This document shows, one piece after another, positions 1 to 12,844 of a stretch of 64,000 bases of DNA. The DNA comes from Octopus sinensis (Eukaryota). Each line of letters opens with the position of its first letter. The first letter of the stretch is position 1. The notes under the pieces were generated by a model that searched no databases, was not told the DNA's origin, and worked only from the letters and a program-made list of their open reading frames with translations. A program made the position numbers and the translations under genes. The DNA is taken from the NCBI RefSeq assembly GCF_006345805.1, contig NC_043005.1, positions 65,224,001-65,288,000 of the forward strand, given 5' to 3'.

Positions 1-182
1 GCCAGGGTCTCGCTACTCTGCATTTGCAAACTATTTCGTTTTCATACATTGTCTCATATAAAGATATATTTATTTTATTGTTATGCACACTTTATTTTTA
101 ATTTTTGATTATGAGCCTGCGTCTTCAATCTTTTGCCTGTACGCATACACATACGTACACACACACAAACACACACATATAT

Positions 183-499
183 GCACTCCGTCGGTTACGA
201 CGACGAGGGTCCCAGCTGATACGATCAACGGAACAGCTTGCCCGTGAAATTAACGTGCAAGTGACTGAGCAATCCACAGACACGTATACCCCTAACGTGG
301 TTCTCAGGAGATTCAGCGTGACACAGAGTGTGACAAGGCCGGCCCTTTGAAACACAGGTAATAAACAGTTTTGCCAGCTGAGGGGACTGGAGCAACGTGA
401 AATAAAGTGTCTTGCTCAAGGACACAACGCGTCGCCGGGAATTGAACTCACGACCTTACAATCGTGAGCCGAATGCCTTAACCACTAAGCCACGTGCCT
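183..499 (-). mobile_element. tRNA-derived SINE (family A)
   Basis: The minus strand starts AGGCACGTGGCTTAGTGGTTAAGG (A box) ... GAGTTCAATTCC (B box). Its 3' body (183-355) matches 44065-44242. Confidence 0.8.
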
Positions 500-699
500 A
501 CATATATATATATATATACATATGTGTGTGTGTATAGTAAAGTTTATATGCGAACAGAATGTAGCAGTCCTATAAAGGACGATGCTACTGTTGTTTTAGT
601 CCCAGGAAAACATCTTTTCCAACTGACCATCGACACAGTATGTGTCTGTAAAGCATTTGGAAGGAAAGTGATCGTTCCCATCTCTAGCCTCACGTTATA

Positions 700-744
700 C
701 TCACAGACCTAGGTTTCTGAGTGGTTACCCGTCCTCAGTGTGAG
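700..744 (-). ncRNA. Type I hammerhead ribozyme motif (GUC site)
   Basis: Minus strand: CTCACA-CTGAGGA-C-GGGT-AACC-ACTC-A-GAAAC-CTAG-GTC-TGTGAG. Stem I is 6 bp and perfect, the core is canonical, and stem III is the palindrome ACCTAGGT. Confidence 0.7.
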
Positions 745-1302
745 AAAACCACAATACAGACACAGACTGATGACCAACTAGAAAATAATACATTTTCCGT
801 TTCCCTCATTCATTATAAACTCAAGGATCACTGCGGAATTCCTGAAGTAGATACAGTGACACACTTGTATCAAAACTGTGGATGACAGCAGGTAGCCTAA
901 ACAGTGAGCGTACCTTAATGGACATTCTACTAACCGTACACCCAAAGTCCAAATAATTATGCATACGTACACGCACACGCACACAAACACACGCTCGCGC
1001 ACACACACACAAACACACGCTCGCGCACACACATACATACACACATGCATACACACACAAACATATATATAGGAGAGTATTGTAGTTAGCTCAAAGCATT
1101 GTGTATTGCTTGTAAAGAATAAAAAAGTTTTGAACGGTACAACAATGCACTATAATACAAACAATGGGGTATATACCTGTTGTAATTTAGTCATTAAATA
1201 TATATATATATATATATAATCAGAAAATGGAGAAAACTTATGATTAACAAACAAATTGACCGACATCGGTTGATTATTTTTAATACAAAAACATCACATA
1301 TC

Positions 1303-1413
1303 ATTCCTTACGGCCGTTTCTGCTTCCAATGTTAGTCGGTGCGTACGAAAGAAATTCCGAAAATAATGTTCGTCATCTTCATAACACATCCGTGGAGCTT
1401 CGTCAGAGTGAAT
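1303..1413 (-). ncRNA. Type I hammerhead motif with long loop II
   Basis: Minus strand: ATTCACT-CTGACGA-AGCTCC...GGAAGCA-GAAAC-GGCC-GTA-AGGAAT. Stem III is the palindrome ACGGCCGT. Stem I is 6 bp with one bulge. Confidence 0.6.
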
Positions 1414-3193
1414 GCAAATATATAAAATGAAATAAACAAAGGAAAGAGGAAAGAACATGGCCCAGAGATGAGGACAGAAGGCTCAGTATATTAAAATCCT
1501 ACCTTCTTGCAGCGTGAAACTTGAAGTCAATAGGTAAAAGACTGAACTAGCAGTGATCTAGTGAAATATTTATGGGTTATTTCAATATAAAAGAAAACCG
1601 GGGTGTGTAAAGAGTAGTGAAAGGAAGCTAGTCCTAAAATAAGACAGGAATTACCAATATGTCTAGAAAAAGAATAGTACTTATGTATATATACATATAT
1701 ATGATACGCTATGTGTTCTAAATATATATTTAATACGATATGTACTTATATGTATATACACATATTCCACTTATCCTACTTTCAATAGTACACTATATTC
1801 GACTGTTACCTTTTGTATTCAACTTACGGAGAAGTATCATGTACTCATCTTTAGTCTATTTACTTCTTACACAGCATGTATTTCATTATTTAAGCAGAAC
1901 GAAAGACAGAAATAATCTGAAATTGCAGTTTGAACATTCCGAAGGCCAAAGTGTGTTGGTGCGTTCTAATGTCTGCACAAGAAATATTATTCTTCAGGAA
2001 CTTTTTCAGAGAATGTCAATGATACTGCTTATGTACATTTGTAGCATTTGCACGAACGTGTCAAAGATGTTGTAAATGCACAACTTTTGCCTAAACTAAA
2101 CCTGCTTCAGAAAATGCATATAGCCTGTTTGTAAGGTCACGTGCCCATATGTAAATATGCACATATTTTGGTAGTTTTGAATACTTATACATGTACAACG
2201 TACATATGTGAAATTTACTGTATTTACTGTAGACAGTAACTTAACGTAGAATAACGAGTGGATCATTGTAATGTATTGTACTTACTGAAAGTAATCAAAC
2301 CAGCATAATATTTGGGAGTGTTAAATGTAATTTCCTTATTTACGGGTTATTTTTGTATTTTTGTTTACTTCTTCATACTCTCATTAGCAGCTTTCATCAT
2401 TTTCATTTACAACCATACCTCCAGTTGGAAAAATCGAATATTCATGCAGATCAAAATATTGTAATTATCATACAGCTTATTAAAACGCCCGCCCATCGTC
2501 ATTAATGACGGCACGACTACTCTAGAATTTTGCATATCAAAGTAAATACAATCTCTTACCTATATCTTAGAGTATATAATTATGATGTTAAGAAGTTGGC
2601 ATAGAGAGAATGAAACTAGTTAGAAGTTTTGAAACATTTTTATTTTTCAAATTATATTTTCTAAGTATAAACTAGTAGAATTCTTACATCTCTTGCGTAG
2701 GCGTTGCTAAGAAAAGCACAAGAAATACAACAGATTCGATAAATTGGTCCTTTGTATATAATTATAACGAATGTAATTGGATTTATAAGATAATAGCAAT
2801 GCTGAAACATTTCGTAAAAACAGTAAGAAATTTAAGAAAAAAAACTAATCATGAAATAACATTAAAGAAATATATAAACCTAAGAATCAGCTCAATATTA
2901 ATATTGAAATGACATATCTTACAGGAAAATTTAATATCAACTTATATGATACATTTATTTCGATATAATTACATTATATCCACCATAATTCATCGCTAAA
3001 TAAAACCATTTGTTCGTTAACTATACCTTAACAGTTATTTTTAAAGATCTTTATAGTATATGAGTATATCTGCCTAATTCTATGTCTCTCTCCATTATTC
3101 CATCTTGCTCTCTATCTTGTAAATGCGTGTACGTTTGGGGAGGGGAATAACTGAGGAGATGTTGAAACTATTTTAGTTAAATTTATTGTTGTT

Positions 3194-3768
3194 AAGGCAA
3201 TGAACTGGTAAAATGTTTAATACGCCGGGCAAAATGCTTAGTAGTATTTCGTCTGCCGTTACGTTCTGAGTTCAAATTCCGCCGAGGTCGACTTTGCCTT
3301 TTATCCTTTCGGAGTCGATAAATTAAATATCAGTTACGCACTGGGGTCGATATACTCGACTTTATCCGTTTGTATGTCCTTGTTTGTCCTCTCTGTGTTT
3401 AGCCCCTTGGCGGGTAGTAAACAAATAGGTATTTTGTCTGCCGTTACGTTCTGAGTTCAAATTCCGCCGAGGTCGACTTTGCCTTTTATCCTTTCGGAGT
3501 CGATTAAATAAGTACCAGTTACGCAATGGGGTCGATATAATCGACTTAATCCGTTTGCTTGTCCTTGTTTGTCGTCTCTGTGTTTAGCCCCTTGTGGGTA
3601 GTAAAGAAATAGGTATTTTGTTCATCTTCACGTTCTGAGTTCAAATTCCGTCGGAGTCGATTTTACCTTTCATCCCCTCTGAGTCAATAAAAGTCCCGGG
3701 ATCGATATAACTGACTTAGCCCCCCCCCCAAAAAAAATTGCTGGGCTTGTGCCAAAATTTGAAAACAT
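3194..3768 (+). mobile_element. tRNA-derived SINE (family C), three tandem ~186-bp body units
   Basis: The head is followed by GTATTT(C/T)GT...GAGTTCAAATTCC...GTCGA repeated at ~3243, ~3428 and ~3613. The units are separated by a ~55-bp segment ending GTAGTAAA(C/G)AAAT. Confidence 0.85.
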
Positions 3769-5571
3769 TAATAGCCACCTGGTGATTCAAACACAACTCA
3801 TAGAGACCATATTTATTAAATAGCTATATCCGTAGTATAACCGCTGTTTTTGACAGAACCGAAAGATCAAATGAATAACACTCACATATCATTACGTATA
3901 AATATGTGCGCATGTATGACAGCTTCATTTTCAGTAGGTATACACTAAATTTTACATTCTTATGTCTTTATAGGAACTGATAACTAAAAAATTTTGTATT
4001 CTCACGGATTTCCAATCAAAGTTCAGAACAATTTTAACCTGTAAAAACATCAATTACATTTTGTTTTTCTTTAGACAAACACAAGTCCACGAAAGCACAC
4101 ACGCATCCAACTAACGATGAAAAACATTGTCCTCCACCACTCCCAATGTGAAATTTGTATTATGCACACATTTTGATTTATTTATTTACCTTATACATGT
4201 TAAACCTGGATGCCAACTTATTCTGCTTCTCTGTTTTTCTTCTTTTTCATTTCAGTTAATAAAAATTTATTTTCCCGATAGCCTCAGCCTTACTGTAACT
4301 ATTGTTAGACCACGTAGAACAAACCTATTGGTCAACAGAACTTTGAAAACATTATAGCAGAACGATATCAACCATCTCAACATGCTTTTTGTTTTGTATA
4401 AATTTATAGACTTTTTTTTTTATCAAACGATCTTCAGGAAATGTATATGTTGGCATATTATTTTAGTTTTACTTTCAATGTTCCTGACCATTTCTCAACA
4501 TTACTGTCACATGTAGAACGCTCTATCGATTGACTACCTCGTATTTGTTATTCAAATAATAACAGAAACACAAAAGAATTGTGTCACATATCCCAGAATG
4601 CTTACTGATTTCATGCACGTATAACAACAAGTCCTCTGATTCGTAGCAACAGTTGAACTTTTGTGGCTTTCATACCTTTCTCAAATGTATTAGTCACACA
4701 AATGAAAAGAGATAATTAAATCAGAAATCTAAGCAGGTTGGCACTCACAGCTTGCTTTTAGTTGTTTGTTTACTCTACGTGACACACCCACATTTCTACT
4801 GTTAACAGAAAATAGTGAAATGATATCCAATGCTTTTTATAGGCACTAAGAAATAATATTCATGTTACCCCTAAAGTCATTAACAGTTTGCTGAAATGCA
4901 GTTATTTCAACATTGATCATTAACATGTTGTTTGTGCTTGAGAAAAATATACCACGACTCAGAATCCAGCATAATGAAGTTGTTCGCTATTGAAATTTAC
5001 TTATCTAATAAACATATATCTAATATGTAAGTGAGAAAATGAAATTGTTTCCTTTATTCCTGTCTGAAAGACAAAGAAGTGTATGATTTTCTGTAGTCGT
5101 TCTCTTGCCTCACAGTTATCCTGTTGGGGTATAATATTTGTTAACACTAGTATCAGTAATATATGAATATCTAAACTCAATTAACTTGGATACTCTAAAG
5201 TTTCCGCTTATGTAAAAATGTATTCTCCCTATTCGAAGAACATCAGCATCATATTTCATAAGTATAACGATATTGATGAATATTAAATCAGAGTTAGATA
5301 TTTCTTATATACTGCTAAATAGAATTAATGTTATCAAAGTAGTGGACGGCAGGGTGAGCAGAAGGTCGACCAAAGCGCGTTGCATTATTTTTAAATCTAG
5401 GTTTAGTATTCAAACTCCGTCCTGTTCGAGCTTACCTTTGACTCCTTCAGAGGCAATAAACAAAAATCAGCAACGCACTGGATCGAATCAATCGATTATC
5501 AAATTTGATTATCTCAAACAAATTTGCATAAGAAATTATTATAGAGTAAGAATTTCCATATTTATATAGTA

Positions 5572-6659
5572 CTAGCAGATATACCCGGCGTTGCCCGAGT
5601 TAAAGATAATAACGAAATTTAAAAACGCCGTCTAGATTACGCAGGTCTGAACTGCTAGTAGCTGAGATACCAACTTTCTACATTAATAATTTTCCAACCC
5701 ATGCCAATATGGAACATAGATTTTAAGTGAAATATTAAAAGAAAGTTTTCAACTCATATATGTATATAAAGTAAATACACGTAATTCAAAAACACATTTT
5801 GTGTAGCTTATTTCGTAACCAAAAAACAGGTAGAGATTATAAACAATGAAAGGCCGATTTTGGTGATTCATTTTACAGAGGTAGTAGAGGGCCAATCGGA
5901 AGATAAATCTGACCTTGGATCTGGAAAGTTTGCATGAATCCTGGTTCAGTTAAATCTCTTGTGACTCCAAATGATGCCATCTGTAGTTCAGCGTTGTATT
6001 GCCTAATTTTGTTTTGGAAGTACTTGGAATCTTGATCAGATGATGACAACAGTTTATTCAATGGTTCTAGAGGTTGGAGGCTTGCAGGGAGTTTAACCGT
6101 TCCTCCACTACAGTACAGTGCAGGTGTCTCTCCAGGCCATTTCCTTGCTTTACAATATATGCACTCAGTTGCCATTTCACCAATAGAAACTCTAATGCCA
6201 TTTGCATAATGAATTGTTGAAGCATAATTGAAAGCTCTTTTATAGAAGTTGATTGTGTGAGCTGTTGCAACTGCTCTTCGTTCTGCAGTGGAGATCCTAT
6301 TCTTTATCAGCCGTGAATATCTCTGTTCATCACTTTGAGATGCTCCAGCGTTTGCAGTGCACAGTCTGTTCGTTTCTTGGTATGCTTCCCTTTCTGCAGC
6401 TGTCTCTCTTTCCCTGAACAGAAATGGCTGGCCTTGATATTGTAGACAAATTTGACCCTTTCCTTCTAGGTATGATTATATACGTATGCAGAAATACATG
6501 GATGCAGACGATAGTAAACAATGAAAATAACTGGGTAAAGGAAATTAAATTTCTTAATACGACGGGCAGAAGGTAAATAAGAAAAAATACACCCGTTATA
6601 CTCTTTTACACACACACACACACACACATACAAACAGAGAAAAGGATTTATATTATAGA
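5572..6659 (-). mobile_element. Internally deleted Helitron with an N-terminal RepHel fragment
   Basis: The 3' end on the minus strand is the hairpin CTCGGGCAACGCCGGG, then TATATCTG, then CTAG|T. ORF 5873-6175 (CIYCKARKWPGE...LPASLQPLEPL...IRQYN...MASFG...TFQIQGQIY..IGPLLP) has the Helitron helicase-like N-terminal pattern. The candidate 5' end A|TCTATAATATAAA at 6659 is less certain. Confidence 0.75.
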
Positions 6660-7749
6660 TTAGAAAAGGAGATGCTATCAAGTTTTTTTTACTCTCCCAA
6701 TAGTGTAAATTACAATGTGAACATTGTCTAACAGTAAATTGAAAACGACTCCTCTGCATTTAGTTTGAGCTTATATTTGAATTATGCCACTTAGGTAAAG
6801 ACATATTTAATCGTCCAATGAATATTAAATAAAGTAGAATCTTTTCTAATGTTCAGAATAATCTCAATAGTATTTGAGAGATGTTAGTTTAAAACATTAA
6901 AGCAAACCGAGTTACGAATTTAGCTAGAGGAAAATTTAATTTCACTACTCTTAAGATATATTTTACAGATATAAAATGCCTGAAGTTAAAGACAGAAAAT
7001 GCTGTCTTTATCAATTCTTAAAGTATATACAGTTACTACGATAAAATTATTTTCAAGTAATTAGCTTCGTCATTAGTTTTCAATGTAGCGCTGTTGGATT
7101 CAGAGAAATATTGGAGTAGTAAGTTAATTACCTTATAATAATCTTTAGTCTTGTCTCTCAAGGATATGATCCTAAATTCTGCTGGAATCTATATTTGCCT
7201 GTCGTTCCTTCTAGATCGATAAAATAAGCGCCCGTTATAAACTGCAGATCTTGTAATTGACTATACTTCATTTTTGAACCAGTTGTAGAATCGTTTTATT
7301 ATAACAAGATAATGTGTTATTTGATTGTTGCCATTTTGCTGGTTATTTACTACGCTGGGACACGTCTAGTTGTATTTCTCATAATCCATTTTAGGTTATG
7401 ATAAAAATAGGGAAGGAGCATATTTTTGTATAAATTTCAATTAAAAGTACCATAATTGTTGTCAATATGTTTCATGAAAGCGTACACGCCTCTTATGAGG
7501 ATACTTTAGTGTTTAAATTTTGAGAACTTCTAGTACCATAGTCATCTCCATGACAATATTATCAGGTTCAAAAGCTTTCCAGTATTTCGTCTTTTTTCAG
7601 TAGATGTCTGATTTCTTTAAGGTTTGTGGTTGTTCATATTATTTAAGCATTTTCTAGGCCACGACAATTGCGCTATCTTATAGTTCTCTGATATATTAGG
7701 ACCATCTTTCAAGAACCATTTTTTTCTTCCCATTGTCAGTCCTCTTTCA

Positions 7750-7960
7750 GTCGGTAGCCTGCAAAATCGCTAGCACATCGGACAAAATAGCGGTATTTAG
7801 TCTCTCTTGTCATTCAGACTTCAAATTCCACCGAGGTCGACTTTGTCTTTCATCCTTTCAAGGTCGATGAAATAAGTACCAGCCGAGAACTGGGAGCCGA
7901 AGCAATTAACTTTCACTCTCCCTCAAAATTTCATGCATTGAGCCTGTAGCACAAAGGGTT
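7750..7960 (+). mobile_element. Degenerate SINE family C monomer
   Basis: Contains GACTTCAAATTCCACCGAGGTCGACTTTGTCTTTCATCCTTTC...AAGTACCAG, which matches the family C body. Confidence 0.7.
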
Positions 7961-8436
7961 ATTAGGTTTCTTTTTGTTGATATTATTAATTCTGTGGATA
8001 AGCAGGTCTTTTTCCATTTTTCACTTGGTACATTGTATTTGAATGTGGGGAATGATGTCTTAGTATTCAAGTCTTGGTACTCTTGCTACATTTTGTTATT
8101 GGCTTTGCTTATTCTCTTTCTCAAAACAGATCTAACTTGATCGTCCACTCATTTCTTACATGATAACTTCTCCAACGATGGTATTCTATACTCTCTGCTA
8201 TGTTTGATGCCCCTACTAGTTAACTAGTTAATTTGTCAGGCTTTCTATCATTGCTCATCTATTATAAACCTCGACTGTATATTTGTCTTTCATCTGCGAG
8301 TTGATATAGGTTCATCTTCGGTGGGGTTTTCTTAATTAACATTCATTTTGTTAAGGATTAGATTTTGGTGACTGGCATTGTTATCTATATGGGGTCTTAA
8401 ATGGAAACCATTCAACAGGGAAATGAAAATATATCA

Positions 8437-8439
<3 letters not shown>

Positions 8440-8470
<31 letters not shown>

Positions 8471-8610
8471 TGTGTGTGTGCGTGTGTTTGTGTGTGTGTG
8501 TGTGGTAAATAGACATACAAAGTCTATGAATGTATATCGAATTAAAAGTATAAAAACAAATCTTGTATCACACGAACATATATATACATACATACATATA
8601 TGTGTGTGCG

Positions 8611-8642
<32 letters not shown>

Positions 8643-8814
8643 TGCATGTATGTATGTTTGTATGTATTATGCATATATGTGTATTTATATAATATATGTG
8701 TATATATTTGTATATAGTTATTAGACACACATATACTTTTATGACATTTACTACGAATACACACCTACACACAAAGATATATATATATACATACATATAT
8801 ACATACATACATAC

Positions 8815-8905
<91 letters not shown>
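8440..8905. repeat. Compound (TG)n/(TA)n/(TACA)n microsatellite
   Basis: Directly visible; it produces the low-complexity ORFs in this interval. Confidence 0.95.
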
Positions 8906-9274
8906 AACATTCGTGTAAAATAATTAGTTAATTAGTGGAGTGAGCTCCATGCCGAATTAGAAATTAATACTATGTATTACCAATGTATAATGAAATGAAT
9001 GAGGAGAGTCTCTGTAGCAGCAACATTAAGAAAATATGCTCCGTTTATTTCCTGTTGATTATAATTATATGATGTGACTATAATGTGACTACAATAATTG
9101 TAAGTTATAGATACTCCTGGACTAATATGCTCTTTACGTATCCAAGTCATATTTGATTACGATATACGTATATATTCTTATTTTCACCGACCTGCATACA
9201 AATATATTCATTCACACACATTCACACATACGCATGTGTGTGGATATTATGTGAATATTATTATATTATTTATT

Positions 9275-9405
9275 TCGCCGAGGTCGATTTTGACTTTCAA
9301 CCCTTCCGGGTCGATAAAAAAAGGTACCAGCCGAGTACTGGGTTGGTGTAATCGACTTACCTCTTCTCCCAAAATTGCTAGCCTTGTGACATAATTTGAA
9401 AACGA
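9275..9405 (+). mobile_element. 5'-truncated SINE family C fragment
   Basis: Contains CGCCGAGGTCGATTTTGACTTTCAACCCTTCCGGGTCGATAAA...GTACCAG...AATTTGAAAAC. Confidence 0.65.
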
Positions 9406-9599
9406 TACTAATATATTATTTTTAAGAAGAGTTGTTGATTTAGAATGCAAAAGATATTAGTGGCGAAAATGATTTGTGTTATTTGTCTATCAATGTATTT
9501 GTTTCTGCCTGGGTATCAATAAGCATTTCCCTTTCTTCCTATCACTTTCTCTTTTGTTATATTATATATACATGCATGCATGCATACATACATATATAC

Positions 9600-9635
<36 letters not shown>

Positions 9636-9749
9636 TTTTAAAAAAGTTTTTTTAGCTGCTATTTCTAATGAGTTCAGTATGTGGCAAAGTAATTTATTTT
9701 ACTAAGCACTTTTATATAATGTAATATATATATATATATATATATATAG

Positions 9750-9864
<115 letters not shown>

Positions 9865-9868
9865 ATAT

Positions 9869-10280
9869 AGGCGCAGGAGTGGCTGTGTGGTAAGTAGCTT
9901 GCTAACCAACCACATGGTTCCGGGTTCAGTCCCACTGCGTGGCATCTTGGGCAAGTGTCTTCTGCTATAGCCCCGGGCCGACCAATGCCTTGTGAGTGGA
10001 TTTGGTAGACGGAAACTGAAAGAAGCCTGTCGTATATATGTATATATATATGTGAGTAGTGTGTGTATGTGTTTGTGTGTCTGTGTTTGTCACCCTAGCA
10101 TTGCTTGACAACCGATGCTGGTGTGTTTACGTCCTCGTCACTTAGCAGTTCGGCAAAAGAGACCGATAGAATAAGTACTGGGCTTACAAAGAATAAGTCC
10201 CGGGGTCGATTTGCTCGGCTAAAGGCGGTGCTCCAGCATGGACGCAGTCAAATGACTGAAACAAGTAAAAGAGAGTAAAG
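9869..10280 (+). mobile_element. tRNA-derived SINE (family B, CORE-like) with internal TA/TG microsatellite
   Basis: A box TGGCTGTGTGG and B box GGTTCAGTCCC are followed by the CORE-like CTTGGGCAAGTGTCTT. The tail is GGCGGTGCTCCAGCATGG...ACTGAAACAAG. Several copies occur in the window. Confidence 0.9.
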
Positions 10281-10310
10281 ATATATATATATATTTTTTT
10301 TTATTTTATC

Positions 10311-10702
10311 TAGTTTCAGCTCACAAGCTGTGACCATGCTGGGGCACCGCCATTTGGTGTTGCTACATGATTTTACTTCACGATGCTTTTTAGCAATAGC
10401 CATTTGGTGCATGAGAGAGTTCGATGCAGCTGCCCTTATCTGCACCTCCTGCCGTGAAGTTGGTTCATCTGGGACACCTGACAGGAAGAGATCCAGTTTT
10501 ATTTTAAAGACATCTGCATCCACCCCATGCAGGTCTCTCAGGTTCTTCGGGAGGATATTGAGGAGCTGTGAGCCTCTGAAGCCCAGGCTATCACAGTATC
10601 TTGTCCTACATCTTGATGGCAAATTTGAAGTCCTTGGCACCATGCAGTGGCGCCCAGTTCTGGCATTTGTGTAACTCTTGATGCCAAAGTTTGGGACAAG
10701 TT
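10311..10702 (-). mobile_element. 3' fragment of a CR1-like LINE
   Basis: Close match to 21698-22090 (VPNFGI.SYTNARTGRHC..PRT..LPSRCRTRYCDSLGF.G.QL.NILPKNLRDLHGVD plus the 3' UTR). Confidence 0.9.
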
Positions 10703-10703
10703 T

Positions 10704-10749
<46 letters not shown>

Positions 10750-10754
10750 CACAT

Positions 10755-10835
<81 letters not shown>

Positions 10836-10836
10836 C
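10703..10836. repeat. (AG)n/(AGAC)n/(AGAT)n microsatellite; similar tracts at 11625-11795, 37860-38170 and 58615-58728
   Basis: Directly visible. Confidence 0.95.
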
Positions 10837-11375
10837 AGTGTTTCTGAAAAAAAAAAACAACAATATGTTTTGAAGAAATGAAAACCAGATTTTTTTTAGT
10901 AAGCTTAACTGACGAAATGAATGTAATGAGTCAAAATAAGAACGCCTGTAGAAAGAAAGGCCTTTTGAAAGAAAAAAAACCCAAAAAGCAAAAGAAATAA
11001 TGTTGTAAGATATGAAAATCTTATCTTGAAATCAGGAACTGTTGGTATACGTCACGAAGACGTAATTATATTGTTACCGGCACCTGTGGTAGTTTTACGA
11101 ATACAGGATTAAAAGGGCAATAGAGAATAGAGAATAAAGAGAATAGAGAATTAAAAGGGCCCCTTGCTCAGTTGTCTGCTCGGAATTTTGTGGGAACTTT
11201 CTCCCAGAAACAACGTGTATCTCGGGAACCCGTTGTCCGATTTATTCGAAACTTGTTTTAATCTGTTGGCTTTTACATTTCAAGGGAATTTTACTTTCAA
11301 AGTATTTTCCCATTATGCGCCGGTTTGGCTGTGTAACATTCAAAGCAAGCAAGCAAGATTGAAGTTCAGTTTTAG

Positions 11376-11448
<73 letters not shown>

Positions 11449-11486
11449 CATCATACACACACGCATATATATATTTGTATATTATA

Positions 11487-11535
<49 letters not shown>

Positions 11536-11671
11536 GTATATACATACATACACATATGCACATATATATTTGTATATTATATATAGCTGTGTTGGGTGAA
11601 TGCATATATACAGATATATAGTGAGAGAGAGAGAGACAGAGAGAGACAGACAGACAGATAGACAGACAGAC

Positions 11672-11769
<98 letters not shown>

Positions 11770-12196
11770 GTAGATAGATAGATAGATAGATAGATGTTGT
11801 GCATGTACATATATACATATATGTGTGTATTTGTGTATACTGGGTTTCAGTATGATCAACCGTAAGAAGGTTAAAGAGGACAAGAATATTTCAGTCATAC
11901 ATTTCTTCAGAATTAGATGAATATGTATCAAGAAATTAATCTACTTCTTTCTCATGAATGAAACTACCAAACAAATGTTTTGACTACTCATTCATTAAAT
12001 GATACACATGATCCACGTGAATGGAACAAAGAAAAATAATTCCTAAGTGCGGTCACATATAGTTACAGGTTTGGTGATGCAAACAGGAAAAATAGAATTC
12101 AATACACGACTCTCCGTGAGTGTGGGTTTGTGTGTGTGAGTGTGTGTATGTATGTATGTGTGTGTGTATGCGTAGATATATAAGCACATTTAGCAG

Positions 12197-12400
12197 AAGG
12201 CAGCGAGCTGGCAGAATCGTTAGCACGCCGAGCAAAATGCTTAGTTGCATTTCGACCCTCCTTACGTTCTTAGTTCAGATTTCGCCGAGATCGACTTTAC
12301 CGTTCATTTTTCAGAGATGATAAGTACCAGTTGAGTACTGGTATTCGACTTGCTCCAACCCCACCGAAGTTGCTAGTTTCTGCCAAAGGTTTGAAACTAA
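12197..12400 (+). mobile_element. SINE family C monomer
   Basis: AAGGCAGCGAGCTGGCAGAATCGTTAGCACGCCG...TAGTTCAGATTTCGCCGAGATCGAC...GTTTGAAAC. Confidence 0.8.
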
Positions 12401-12499
12401 CATACAGCAAAAGCAGCAAAGTGACTGAATTCCTGAGGGTTTCGTGCATGAAATACTTAACAAAGTCTGATAAGTCACTCTGTTGTTTCTGCTAAACAT

Positions 12500-12521
12500 C
12501 ATTATCATCATCATCATCATA

Positions 12522-12583
<62 letters not shown>

Positions 12584-12752
12584 TACTATTACTATTACTA
12601 TTACTATTACTACTACTACTACTGCTACTACTACCACTACCACTACCACTACTACTACTACTACCACTACCACTACTACTACTACTGCTACGACTACTAC
12701 TACTGCTACTGCTACTACTACTAATACTACTATTATTATTATTATTAGTGGT
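12500..12752. repeat. Compound (ATC)/(ATT)/(ACT)n trinucleotide microsatellite
   Basis: Directly visible. Confidence 0.95.
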
Positions 12753-12844
12753 TAAATCTTTTATTTATTTATTTTTTATTTATTTATTTATTTATTTATT
12801 TCTATTTATTTTTTTATGAAAACTTAATGATAATTTAACTTTAC

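Noticed and set aside
3243-3700. CRISPR-like repeat/spacer pattern
   Set aside because: The 'spacers' are also repeated, the units are ~186 bp SINE modules, the context is eukaryotic, and there are no cas genes.
12404-12500. Small imperfect inverted repeat (AGCAAAAGCAGCAAAGTGACT / AGTCACTCTGTTGTTTCTGCT)
   Set aside because: There are several mismatches, no second copy and no target duplication.
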